Shown here: one piece after another, positions 50,928-61,431 of the stretch | How the letters are laid out: each line of letters starts with the position of its first letter | Position numbering within the stretch: the first letter of the stretch is position 1 | The notes under the pieces: generated by a model | The model's input: only the letters and a program-made list of their open reading frames with translations | Told to the model about the DNA's origin: nothing | Databases searched by the model: none | NCBI GenBank assembly: GCA_963706325.1 | Contig: CAVPLT010000004.1 | Span: forward strand, 416,001-480,000 | Source of the DNA: an uncultured Nitrospiraceae bacterium | GTDB lineage: Bacteria > Nitrospirota > Nitrospiria > Nitrospirales > Nitrospiraceae | Length of the DNA: 64,000 bases | Direction: 5' to 3' | Program-made: the position numbers and the translations under genes

Positions 50928-51654
50928 ACAAATATTATTTTGGTCCTAAAATTCGCGTTCCCCTGCGGCAGAATCATGCTATGGCCTGAGCGTGGAGGAG
51001 TGAAAGAAGTGCTGAGAAGCCTTGTCTAGGCGTCAGTTAAGCCCCTGGATGGCGGCGGTTCCGGTTGGGGCGGTCCCCTGAAGGGCAACCCTTCTTCGAA
51101 CTACACTTTCTGTGCTGCCAGTAATCTCCGACTCTTTTGGAGGGCCCGCTGGGATTCCATGAATAAGCGATCCGACTGCCGATCCTGTTCGAGGAATCGA
51201 TTCCACAACTGCTGGCATTGCGCTTCAAACGCTCTCACCCTACCAACATGGTTGGCGCTGCGGTGTCGTCCTCCTGCTGTTCCATCACCGGCTCTCGGTT
51301 AGCAGCTTCTCAGATGCGAGGGGTGAGCGCTTCGCATGGAGTACCAATGGCGTCTGGAGGAATTTCTTCAGACCCGTCCGGCCCTCTCCGTCGTCAGCCA
51401 GTATCATGCGGATACCTTACCGTCCGACATACTGCGGCAAGGGTGTTGACCCATCCATCGTTCTACATCAACGAGACCCTGTCTCGGGTCAACCCGCAGT
51501 AGGTGGAGCGTGAAGCTCTCGAAAGTTCGGTTTTGGGTGGGACGATCCGGGGGTTATGCCAGACGTAGCACCGATTCCTTGAGCCTCTGTCTGCCATGGC
51601 CATACTAGTGGAAATATCGTTTTATGGCTGGCGAGCCTGGATTGTTGCGCCAAA

Positions 51655-52718
51655 TCACGAGACGTATCGTGTGGGGGACATTACCGTTCCAGTCTTTCCG
51701 TGATTCTTGCAAACGCGGTTTGTGCTCACCGGCAATAGACGTGGGTCGGGACGGCAGTTCACCGACTCCCCCGGGGCGTGAAGGTAATCTGAGGATCGAC
51801 GCTGTTCCAGGTCCTGGATGTATTCCTGCATCGCCAGAGGCAACTCGGCTCGATCTCAAAGGCCTGAGTGCAAGCGATGGGTAAGATGGTGCAGATGGAC
51901 TCCTACGTGCGAGAGATCCGTCGGATTGAAGGCAATCCTTCGAGGACATGGGCGCTCAGCCGTTCTCCATGCTCGAGGGCCGAGAGTTCCCATATCAACA
52001 CAGCCATGCGTTGTCTGTACTCCTCCTCTAAATCACGCGCGACGCCTTCCCGGACGTCTTGCTCCATAGAGAGCAGACGTCCGCTCAGCACCTGCAACTC
52101 GTGCTGGCTTTCCCGTAGGGCTCTCTCGTGGGCTTGTAATCGAGTTTCAGCCACCCGGCGTTCGGTAATATCGGTGGCTGCAAGACGAAGATGCTGAGTG
52201 CCCTCCGAGGGGCCGACTAGGCACATGTTCACCAACGCGGTCCTCACGCCGTCTTTATGACGCAGTGTGACCTCGTAGGTGAGCGGCTCCGACCGTTGAA
52301 ACGAGGTCCGCAACACCTCCATAAACTCTGGTGCCTGGTCTGCATCCACAAACTCGTATAGGCGTCGCCCCACGAGGACCGCCCGCGTCGCACCCAGCAA
52401 ACGCTCCGTTGCCTCATTCACTTGTTTGATCCGTAATTGTCGATCCAAGGTAAGGTTCGCCGAGGGCGCCCCTTCATAGAGATCGTAATATTGATCCCGG
52501 CTTTCTTCGGCTTCCTGCTGAGCTCGGCGGAGCTCTTCATTTTGCAGTTCCAGTTCAATCTGGTGAATGCGGAGCTCGTGGACCAATGCCTGCACATTCT
52601 CAGAGGTAAGGCTGGGGATGGCTTTTGCGATGAGATTCCCGAGGCTCCCTTCCGCCCTCTTGCGTAGCGCCGCCGAAGTTTCCGACTGTTTCTCTGTCGA
52701 CGCTTTCCTGCGAGCCAT
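51655..52718 (-). pseudogene. decayed PAS / HisKA_3-type sensor kinase
   Basis: HELRIHQIELELQNEEL, PAS, DITERR, VARDL; continues after a frameshift and stop as HLTHRLHSGL*...LAMQEYI; no ATPase domain. Confidence 0.65.
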
Positions 52719-52840
52719 TGAACCTCTAAGACTTGCGTCATCGCTGTATCAGTCTGCGTTTATATTGACAGCGCGCTTTAGGAGATGCTCCGCATCGGCA
52801 GTGTCAATGAACTCCGCCCCTGAGGCATGCGACTTATCGA

Positions 52841-53050
52841 CTAGGTGTACTTGATGGGAAGAGACTTGCTCCACGGGCGCTTTGACTGAGATAGGGTCTT
52901 TACGTATTCAGCGATGAGGTCGCACTCTTCCTGGGTCAGATCCGGCTTGAGAAGGATCGGAGACAATAGGGCCTCTGTCGCTAGAATAAAATCTTCGATC
53001 TCCTTCCTGACCGACACTGGACGTAAACTGGACGCCGCCGCAACTTCCAT
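52841..53050 (-). CDS. small hypothetical protein
   Basis: AGGAGG RBS before MEVAAA; 69 aa. Confidence 0.5.
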   Translation of the reverse strand: MEVAAASSLRPVSVRKEIEDFILATEALLSPILLKPDLTQEECDLIAEYVKTLSQSKRPWSKSLPIKYT

Positions 53051-53589
53051 AGTGCACCTCCTCCTCTTGTGACTGCCCTGTATGGTCGGGCATACAGTAC
53101 CCAATGTTACAGGACTAGGTCAATCCCTAGGCATTGTGATCCATTAGACCTACGTGGGCAAAACCATGCCGGGAAGGTTTGGCCGTCAAACATTCTTATG
53201 TTGCTCAATAGGTTGGAAGAACCACTGCGCCATCAATCAGTGGCTGAGGGCAACTACGAGCCAGTGTTAGGCAGGGTCATTACTCGTCTCAAAAAGAGTG
53301 CTCCGCAAACACGGCATGAGTGTGACGTGAATGATCACTGCATCAGACAGGCGGAGAGACCTGTTTACGCAGGAAGGGCTGGCCGTGTTCAGGCAAGAAG
53401 TTATCTGGCTATTGGCGGAGCAGAGACGTACACGAAAAGCCAGAGCTGGCGGAAGCGAAGGCCAGGCTAGAAATAGTCGAGTCGGAAATTGGTCACATTA
53501 TGACAGCTCTCAAAGTCGGTAGCGGGACAGTAAGCACCAAAACAGCATTGGAAGAGTCTGAGAGGGAATGAGCGCAACTGACACAGACC

Positions 53590-53848
53590 TTGCAGAGTCG
53601 GAACACGATCCTCGACAAGGTAGCCACGCTTCTGCCCGATATGGCCAGCCGGTTCAAGAAATTAGTAGACGGTGTTGCTATTGTGACCCAGCAGCAGGTG
53701 GATAAAGCCCGAGGGATTTTGAAAGGGCTGGCAGGGGAGCACATTTCGCTCCATCCCTCTGCAGATGGCACCGAACGCTTCCTTACTGCGGAGTTACCTG
53801 GGGATTACTCGGGCCTCGTGGGCCTCGTTTCTCGGCAGAAATTATTAT
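53590..53848 (+). pseudogene. C-terminal remnant of an integrative-element recombinase reading into the tRNA
   Basis: VDKARGILKGL...ISLHP...LVAVTRIE; frame runs into the tRNA 3' end as is typical of large serine recombinases; no catalytic domain. Confidence 0.5.
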
Positions 53849-53924
53849 TGGTGGCGGTGACCCGGATTGAACGGGTGACCCGCGGCTTATGAGTCCGCTG
53901 CTCTGCCAACTGAGCTACACCGCC
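53849..53924 (-). tRNA. tRNA-Met(CAT), elongator type
   Basis: GGCGGTG TA GCTC AGTTGGCA GAGC A GCGGA CTCATAA GCCGC GGGTC ACCCG TTCAATC CGGGT CACCGCC A CCA; Ile2 not fully excluded. Confidence 0.93.
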
Positions 53925-54339
53925 ACGGCACAGGGGCTGCTTGATGAAGTGAACCGCAATAATAGCTGAAGCAGAGTTGAAGTGTCTACCGATCGTCCAT
54001 CAAAAACCTGCCTGTTCTCGCGAAAGATTATTGGGGTTCTACGCACATCGCACCCCAATATCAATGTGCATGTCGCCGCATGACTGCATTCCGCCTCCGT
54101 TTCCCGGTTGATCATTTCTGACGTATCTGCGGGATCACGGCCTCGGTCTTTTGTTTTGTCGTTCGATGTAGCCTGTTTCGCATTCAGTTGAGTATTAACG
54201 ACAGGAAGTGGTTCATCTGTGTGAGCTGAGCTCATCGTATTGATGACATTCTGCCGGATCAGATAGAACAAACAGGTTGGACTCGATAGACTGGCTGACA
54301 GGCAGGGCTCCCGCGAGAATAAACTCACGATGCGGCGAA

Positions 54340-54977
54340 CTTCGATACAAGCGAATTCCTCCATTATATTGCCCACGACTTTCAGCAACCGGCCAGACGG
54401 GCATTCGCCTATGCCGTGAAACTCGCCAATGTACTGGGCACCGGACCGCATACTCTGCACGTGATCAGGCATTGCCCGAGTCATTGGGCGTATCCTACAA
54501 CAGCCTTACCTGAACCCGCTCAAGACTTCTGTCATGCTGGAATTGGGACGGCTGTCGAGATTGGCGAAGGAAGCCGGAATCTATGCGGAACCTCACCTTT
54601 CTTTTCGGTGAACCGAGCGATCGCATTCTGCAGTCCACGGCTCGTTTCCATGCGGGGCTTCTAGTCATGGGAACTCACGGCCGCGCTGGCTGGGATCGAT
54701 TGCGGCTCCGCAGTGAGCCAGAACCGGTTGTCCGGAAAGCTCGTTGCCCTGTGCTGACGTTGCAGGAGCTAGTGGCCCGAGACTCATTTCGACGCCATGC
54801 AAGGGTTAAACTGAATCGATTCCTCCTGGCGACGGAGTGGAAATCATTCTAAACCAGTCGGCTGAATGGCAGGCAGACGTCATCGCCGTCGGCTCTCAAG
54901 GCCGTCGCGGACTGTCCCGCTTGTTGTTGGGAAGTGTGGCGAAGGTGCTGTTGAGGCGATCCGGTTGCCTGTATTGA
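54340..54977 (+). pseudogene. fragmented tandem universal stress protein
   Basis: DFQQPARRAFAYAVKLA, LLVMGTHGRAGW...VVRKARCPVL, VGSQGRRGLSRLLLGSVA in different frames. Confidence 0.7.
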
Positions 54978-55046
54978 TCGCCCCAAAATAGCTCTCGCCG
55001 AAACCGTCTCGCGATCGCCGACAGGATCGTTGAAGAAAGAGGCGTT

Positions 55047-55349
55047 ATGGCAACCTTGTTCATCGCGTTGGTATTCGCACTCATCATTGCGTTATTCGCG
55101 CTTCAAAACACCGCTATGGTGACCGTACGTTTTTTGTCGTGGGAGCATGAGGCATCGGTCGTGCTGGTAGTGATTGGAGCGGCATGTTTTGGCGCAGCAT
55201 TGGCATTTGCCGCTTCACTCGGCCACCGCTTTCGGCAGACGAGGGAAATGCGCCGCCTCGGTGATACCGTTCATTCGCAGGCTGAAAGAATCCGTCAGCT
55301 GGACTCACATGCGCAAGAAGGACAGGCTTCCTTTCCTCCAGACTTTTAG
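55047..55349 (+). CDS. LapA (DUF1049) family membrane protein
   Basis: FALQNTAMVTVRFL, 2 TM, coiled tail. Confidence 0.85.
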   Translation: MATLFIALVFALIIALFALQNTAMVTVRFLSWEHEASVVLVVIGAACFGAALAFAASLGHRFRQTREMRRLGDTVHSQAERIRQLDSHAQEGQASFPPDF

Positions 55350-55529
55350 GAGTCTGTCCGAGTAATGCCGTTCTACTACGGCAAATGCTCTGCAGCGATT
55401 TGCGTCGTTCTCGGCTCGAAAAAATCAACGTACGTCAGTGAATACGCTTCCGGTTTTTTCGAGCCGCAGCCTCGCATCTACCAGCAGCTCCTTCGCCTCG
55501 CAACGAAGGATTACTCGGACAGACTCCTA
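55347..55529. mobile_element. MITE-like element, 183 bp
   Basis: Perfect 20-bp terminal inverted repeats TAGGAGTCTGTCCGAGTAAT / ATTACTCGGACAGACTCCTA; internal hairpin; no transposase. Confidence 0.8.
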
Positions 55530-55669
55530 GCGATACACAGACGGTCTGGATTGCATTCGAGCCTATCGATCGGGCATTTTATCGATGAGCCAGGAAGACG
55601 GAATCATAACTTCCGGCAAATGTTCCCCTATGATGGTTTTTATCCGTTTACTCAAGCTGAAGGAGCAAC

Positions 55670-55765
55670 ATGGAATCCTTCGCGGTACTTGGCCTGCTCG
55701 CCCTGATCATCGGCATCATCGGACTCGTCGTGCTCATGAAGGGGAAAAAAAAGAGAATCCGCTGA
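55670..55765 (+). CDS. 31-aa single-TM small protein
   Basis: AAGGAG RBS; MESFAVLGLLALIIGIIGLVVLMKGKKKRIR. Confidence 0.55.
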   Translation: MESFAVLGLLALIIGIIGLVVLMKGKKKRIR

Positions 55766-56288
55766 ACAGATGCACTGACGTTGTGCTTCTGCCGCAACGG
55801 CGTAAGGGGTCCGTCATGAGGTCTGCTCGGTATGATGGCACCTTTTCGAATTTTTCTGCGCTGCCGCGTGGTGGCGAAGGAAAGAAAGGGAGGGACTCGA
55901 GGTGGGCCAAGGATTCTCCCTTCCGAGAAAGTCGTCGCGGATTCCACCTGTAATCTAGTCGACCGGAAAAATCCGGCCTGCATTGCGTCTACACCCCCTC
56001 CCTCGTGCAAATAAGCGATCCCTGCCTTCCGTCTCAATGATCAGAATCCATACCTCCGGCAAGACTGATACAGCGACTGGGGCTTTGCCCAGTGTTGATT
56101 GAGATCAGTAACGCCATACTAGTGAAGGCCTCATGACTCGCTGGGAGTGACGCCTCCTGCGGTCCTTCGGTCGTGTGGTGACCTGTGCCGAATGCCAGAC
56201 TAGAGAGGATAAATCAACGATATTGTCGGTGCCGACTGCAGAGGGTCGTTAAAAAACTAGGTGAGTATGTCTAACCAGGAGAGACGCC

Positions 56289-56684
56289 ATGGCCAACATC
56301 ATTATTCATCTCGCTACGGCCTCAGCTGTGCTTATTGGCGGCGGGAGCTCGGCCGGTTGGGCGCAGGTTGTGAAGGTGCAACACTCCGTCCCTTACGAGT
56401 CCGTGACGGAATCCGAACGACTGTACCAGGAAGATCGGGCGGAGACCATTCGCGGGGTGGTTGAAAGCCTCGATACGGTCACGATGCGGGAAGGCGCGCT
56501 GTTTAGACAGCTTCGCCTTAAGGTCGGTGATGATACGCTCGTGGTCCATTTAGGGCCGCAATGGTTTATGGAACAACAGGTTCAGCGCCTTCAACTGGAT
56601 GTGGGCCGAGAAGTCGAAGTGCAGCGGGTCTCGGGAGATGGTGAATGGCAAACCGGTGGTGGTCGCTGCGGAAATCCGAAATGA
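56289..56684 (+). CDS. secreted OB-fold-like protein, probable 3' frameshift
   Basis: Signal peptide, ETIRGVV, VHLGPQWF. Confidence 0.5.
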   Translation: MANIIIHLATASAVLIGGGSSAGWAQVVKVQHSVPYESVTESERLYQEDRAETIRGVVESLDTVTMREGALFRQLRLKVGDDTLVVHLGPQWFMEQQVQRLQLDVGREVEVQRVSGDGEWQTGGGRCGNPK

Positions 56685-56771
56685 TCGTCGGGATAAGCAA
56701 TTGAGGCTGCGTCATCCGAGCGGCGTCCCTGTGTGGGCCGGCAGCGAGTACATGCGCTGAAGGATGTTTCC

Positions 56772-57790
56772 ATGATCAAAACCTTTGTCATTCTGGGAGC
56801 CTCCGGAGATTTGACGGCTCGGTTTCTTTGCCGGCCTTGACCTGTCTCATGGCGCTGGAAAACTACCGAAAGGCTTCCGTGTGATCGGCCTCGCCCGCGA
56901 TCTCTGGAACACAGAAACATTTCGGCAGCACCCCGGAGAAAAGATGGCACGGGCAGCGCCCGGCACCTCAGCGGAATTGCTTGATGCCATCCTCCGGATC
57001 AGCGAGTATCATCATGTCGATGTGATGAACCACAGTCAGCTGGGCAGGTGCCTGAATGCGGTCAAGGAGCCGCTTCTCGTCTATCTCGCACTCCCGCCGT
57101 CGCTGTTCAAACCGACGATCGAGACGTTGGCGAGGCTCGACCTGCCTCGGGGCACCAAAATGATATTGGAGAAGCCGTTCGACGAAAACCGGGTTTCCGC
57201 ACAAGACCTGAACCGATTGCTGCATGAATCGTTTCCCGAACGGGATGTCTTTCGGCTGGATCATTTTCTGGGCAAGCAGACGGTGCAAAACATCCTGGGT
57301 CTCCGCGTTGCCAACCGCGTCTTCGAACCGCTTTGGAATTATCAGCATATTGAGCGTGTAGAGATCATCCGGGATGAGACTCTCACGGCCGCCGGTCGGG
57401 CGTCTTCCTATGACACGACCGGCGCGCTACGCGACACGATCCAGAATCACCTGCACCGCCCGCAATTGATCCACTTTGCAGTCACGAAGCGTGCGTTCAT
57501 CCAGCGAGTGGAACGGCTCCATCCCGATCACAGCCAGCAACTGGTGGGCGGCCTCGACCCCGAGGCGCGACGCTGCTCAAGCCAAGTGAGACGTTATTCA
57601 ATAGGTAGGTCTCATTCGGCTCTCACTGCATCACGAAATTTGGACAACATTGAATGAGACCTTGGCTTGGTACGGCGCTGTCCCGACGCAGGCGTCGAGC
57701 TGGCTCCAGAAGCCTGACGCGTCCGGACCATGGATCGCGCTTGACATAGAACTGCCGATAGATAACGTTCTGTTGAACCTGGACCGTTTC
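56772..57790 (+). pseudogene. zwf: glucose-6-phosphate dehydrogenase pseudogene
   Basis: ILGASGDLT, then after a frameshift LEKPF, RLDHFLGK, GALRDTIQNHL; C-terminal half largely missing. Confidence 0.85.
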
Positions 57791-57836
57791 CCCGAAACGC
57801 CAGCGAGTAACCAGTCAATAAAAGGAGGCCTGTATT

Positions 57837-58763
57837 ATGAGCGGACTGTCATTGGAGAATGCCCTTCCCTGGCTCCTCAGCATGGCCGCGACAGTGGGGA
57901 TAGCCAGTCTGCGTGTCGGCCTGGTGCTGCTGCTCGGCTACCTGGGGATCAGGTTCGTCCGTCTTGGAGTGCAACAACTGGAGCGCGTGATCATTTTGGC
58001 GAGTGATGCCAAGGATCAGCAGTCCGGAACCGCCCTGAAACGGGCAGCGACGTTGACGGGAATTCTTAGAACGATCGCTCTGACGGCAATCTGGGCGATC
58101 GTTGTGATCGAATCGCTCCAGCTGGTCGGGATAAACATCGCGCCGATCCTGGCCGGCGCAGGTATTCTCGGCTTGGCTGTGGGTTTCGGGGCGCAGAATC
58201 TGGTGCGAGACCTCATCAGCGGGTTTTTCATCATTCTCGAAGATCAGATCAGGCTGGGAGATGTTGCCGTCATCAACGGGACCGGCGGACATGTGGAAAC
58301 CATCACGTTCAGGACCATTTCATTGCGTGATTTCTCCGGAGTCGTGCATATCTTTCCCAATGGCGGCATCTCTACTCTCTCCAACATGACCAAGGAGTGG
58401 TCGGCATTCGTGCTGGATATGGGTGTCGGCTACAATGAGGACACAGACCGAGTGGTTGAGGTGATGAAGGCGGTCGGTGATGATCTCCGCCAGGATCGGC
58501 TATTCGGTCCGACGATAATCGAGCCGATCGAAGTCGTGGGAGTGGAGAACTTTAGCGAATCCGCCGTGGTGCTTCGTGCGCGCATTAAAACGAAGCCGCT
58601 GGAACAGTGGAACATCGGTCGTGAGTATCGGCGTCGCTTGAAGAAGGCCTTTGATGTGCAAGGAATCGAGATTCCCTTTCCGCATCAGACCATACGAATG
58701 GGGACATCTACAGGACCGTTCAAGGTTGAGTTGGTCGCCGGATTAAGTAGCGCGCAGTCTTAA
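57837..58763 (+). CDS. small-conductance mechanosensitive channel (MscS family)
   Basis: GLAVGFGAQNLVRD, G.VE.I..R, IFPNG, IEIPFP. Confidence 0.93.
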   Translation: MSGLSLENALPWLLSMAATVGIASLRVGLVLLLGYLGIRFVRLGVQQLERVIILASDAKDQQSGTALKRAATLTGILRTIALTAIWAIVVIESLQLVGINIAPILAGAGILGLAVGFGAQNLVRDLISGFFIILEDQIRLGDVAVINGTGGHVETITFRTISLRDFSGVVHIFPNGGISTLSNMTKEWSAFVLDMGVGYNEDTDRVVEVMKAVGDDLRQDRLFGPTIIEPIEVVGVENFSESAVVLRARIKTKPLEQWNIGREYRRRLKKAFDVQGIEIPFPHQTIRMGTSTGPFKVELVAGLSSAQS

Positions 58764-59531
58764 CCCTGATTGTCAGCTGGGCTTAAGGCACCTCGTTCTT
58801 GCTTATTTATCCATTTACCTCCCGCTGAACAATTCCCTACGGCAGGGTAGGAGAGTCACCCCCCTGAAGGCCCGCTTCCCTGCGGTCCCGGCAAGGGAGG
58901 TCTGGTGACGCCGAATTCTTTGAACCATTGCTCCATTCATTGTCTCGCAGAAGTGCAGAATGCATTTGCCAATCCTACACCAAGACATTGGCGTACGAAG
59001 CTCCCGTACTGCGGCACTTTATGGCGCGAGTCGAAGAGCGCGCTCCTACATAGAATATTGCGCTTGAGCTTAATGGTGGTGATCTGCCGCTCGGTTCCAC
59101 GCGGCTCCTCTAAGCTGGCTCCTCGATGGTGCCCGCGCACGCCTACTCCTTCCTAGCAACGTTCCATTCAACCGCATGAGAGCGACAGAGGCTGATTTGC
59201 CTTCCATACTACGATCTACTCCTAAGTAATTGTGTTTCGGTCTGTCCAGTGGGCTTCAGACGTTAAGCCCGACGAAAAAAATCTGTGGCTAGGAGTAATT
59301 TGTTCCGAGACATGTTATAAGCAACTCCTTCGCAGCCCATATTCCCCCCTGAGATACGTATTGCATGGCTCGGCTCGACGGCCGGAAAAGCGGCATGTTT
59401 CTTCGCAAGCGCGATCTGCATGGGGTATGGCAGGTGGAGTGATCATGGACGGTCATGGTAGCCAGAGGATTGTACGGGCACTGATTTGATGGACTCATGT
59501 GCCTCGTCATCAAGAAGGAGGGAAGGCCTTG

Positions 59532-61334
59532 ATGGCTTGCGTGAAAGAGATTGCAGAACATGAAGTCGTAAACGAAGCGCCGACAATGATCGATGCTTCG
59601 ATTCGCGGCGATAGTAGGATCGCAGGGGGCAGGGCAAGAAGACAGCGGCGATGGCACCGAAGCGGCATAGTCCTTCTGAGTGGCTTGCTATGGATGACGG
59701 CAGCGCCGGTCTTGTCACAACTCATTCCATTACCACCTAAGCCACCTCAATTGCCCACGGTTCCGCCGCCCGTCCAGCCCCCAGGCCTCGAGCTGCCTTC
59801 ACCGCGCCCTCCCAGTGATCCCGGTACCGCAGTGACAGGTCCAAAAATCATGGTTAAGGACATTCACGTCGCCGGGAGTACAGCCTTTACGCCTCAGCAA
59901 CTGGCCGAAGTTACGGCGCCCTATAAGAACCGCGAGTTGACGGCTGAAGACCTGGAAGCCTTACGGCTGGGCCTTACGTATTTCTATATCAATCATGGAT
60001 ATGTCACCTCAGGGGCTGTGGTTCCGGAACAGGATGTTGCCGACGGCGTTTTGACGATGCAGATCATCGAGGGCAAGATCACAGCAGTGAATGTCGAAGA
60101 CACCAAATGGTTTCGACCCGGCTACTTTCAAAGCCGTATCAACCTGGCGGCTGGGCCTCCATTGAACGTGGGAGAGTTGGAAGATCGCTTGCGGATCATC
60201 CAGTCCAATCCGCGCATCGAACGAATCAATGCCGAACTGCTACCTGGATTGGCCATCGGGGAAAATACCCTCAATGTGAAAGTAAAGGAAGTGAATCCGT
60301 TGAAGGCCTGGCTGGAGTTTAACAACTATCAGTCTCCAGTCGTGGGCGCGGAGCAAGGGTTTGTGACCCTCGCCCATCGGAATCTCTTGGGTTTTGGTGA
60401 CACGTTGAGTCTGCAGTATGGCCGATCCGCTGGCGTGAATCCGATGCTGAACTTTCGATATGAAATTCCAGTAAGCCCTCGGGATACGACCGTTGCCTTT
60501 CAGTACCGTCGTTTCGATTTTGCTGTGAAGGAAGCGCCTTTTGACTCCTTGGATATCGAGAATAAGGCGCAAATATTCGGGATTTCCGTTAGACATCCCG
60601 TGTACCGAACCGTCGATCAGGAATTTGCCCTTTCGCTGACGGGAGAGCATGAGCGTAACGAAAGTTTTCTGGGTGGCGTCCCAACCGAATTAATCGCCGG
60701 TTCCCCCGGCGGCCTATTTCGCGTGACGGCCCTGCGTTTCGGTCAGGAGTATGTCAAACGCACCCCTGAGCAGATATTCTCGGCCCTCTCTCGACTTTCG
60801 GTCGGAGTAGGAGCGATCGGAGCCACTGCCAACGGTGACCCAAATTTACCGGATGCGCGGTTCTTTTCCTGGTTAGGCGAGGCACAATATACTCGCCAGC
60901 TGCCGTTTTGGCGGACGCTCCTGGTTAGCCGAGGAGTCGTGCAATTGTCGAACGATCACCTCTTTCCCCTTGAGCAAATCGCGGTAGGAGGACGCTACAG
61001 CGTCCGTGGGTATCGAGAATTCACTCTTATCCGTGACAATGCCGCCATGGGATCAATCGAGGCGCGGGTGCCTGTCTATACGACCAAGGCAGGTGTCGAT
61101 TCTGTCTTTCTGGCGCCGTTCTTTGATTTTGGTCATGGGTGGCAGACCACCGTGGCGACCCCTGGCACGCCTCCTAAAACATTAGCCAGCGTTGGTATTG
61201 GAGCCATCTGGAATTTTTGGCGTGGCAGTCATTTCGAAATCTATTACGGAAAACAGTTGAAACGGTACGATACCGGCGGCGACAACCTTCAGGATCACGG
61301 CATCCATCTGCAAGTGGTCGTGGAGGCGTTCTGA
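59532..61334 (+). CDS. TpsB (ShlB/FhaC/HecB) two-partner secretion transporter; start uncertain
   Basis: POTRA (YINHGYVTS, IIEG), GGRYSVRGY, C-terminal F. Confidence 0.92.
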   Translation: MACVKEIAEHEVVNEAPTMIDASIRGDSRIAGGRARRQRRWHRSGIVLLSGLLWMTAAPVLSQLIPLPPKPPQLPTVPPPVQPPGLELPSPRPPSDPGTAVTGPKIMVKDIHVAGSTAFTPQQLAEVTAPYKNRELTAEDLEALRLGLTYFYINHGYVTSGAVVPEQDVADGVLTMQIIEGKITAVNVEDTKWFRPGYFQSRINLAAGPPLNVGELEDRLRIIQSNPRIERINAELLPGLAIGENTLNVKVKEVNPLKAWLEFNNYQSPVVGAEQGFVTLAHRNLLGFGDTLSLQYGRSAGVNPMLNFRYEIPVSPRDTTVAFQYRRFDFAVKEAPFDSLDIENKAQIFGISVRHPVYRTVDQEFALSLTGEHERNESFLGGVPTELIAGSPGGLFRVTALRFGQEYVKRTPEQIFSALSRLSVGVGAIGATANGDPNLPDARFFSWLGEAQYTRQLPFWRTLLVSRGVVQLSNDHLFPLEQIAVGGRYSVRGYREFTLIRDNAAMGSIEARVPVYTTKAGVDSVFLAPFFDFGHGWQTTVATPGTPPKTLASVGIGAIWNFWRGSHFEIYYGKQLKRYDTGGDNLQDHGIHLQVVVEAF

Positions 61335-61431
61335 CGACGGGTTCTACTTTGGGATTTTTCGCCGGTTGAAGTTGTGCCCTGTTTAGGGTAAGAGAGGGGC
61401 CGTTCTCTCTTACCTCTTGAGGAGAATTACC

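Noticed and set aside
53155..53175. Sigma54 promoter for the 53050 ORF
   Set aside because: GG-to-GC spacing is 9, not 10
58855..58909. SRP RNA on the minus strand
   Set aside because: CGGGACCGCAGGGAAGCGG deviates from the conserved CAGG-GNRA-AGCA motif and lacks the long helix
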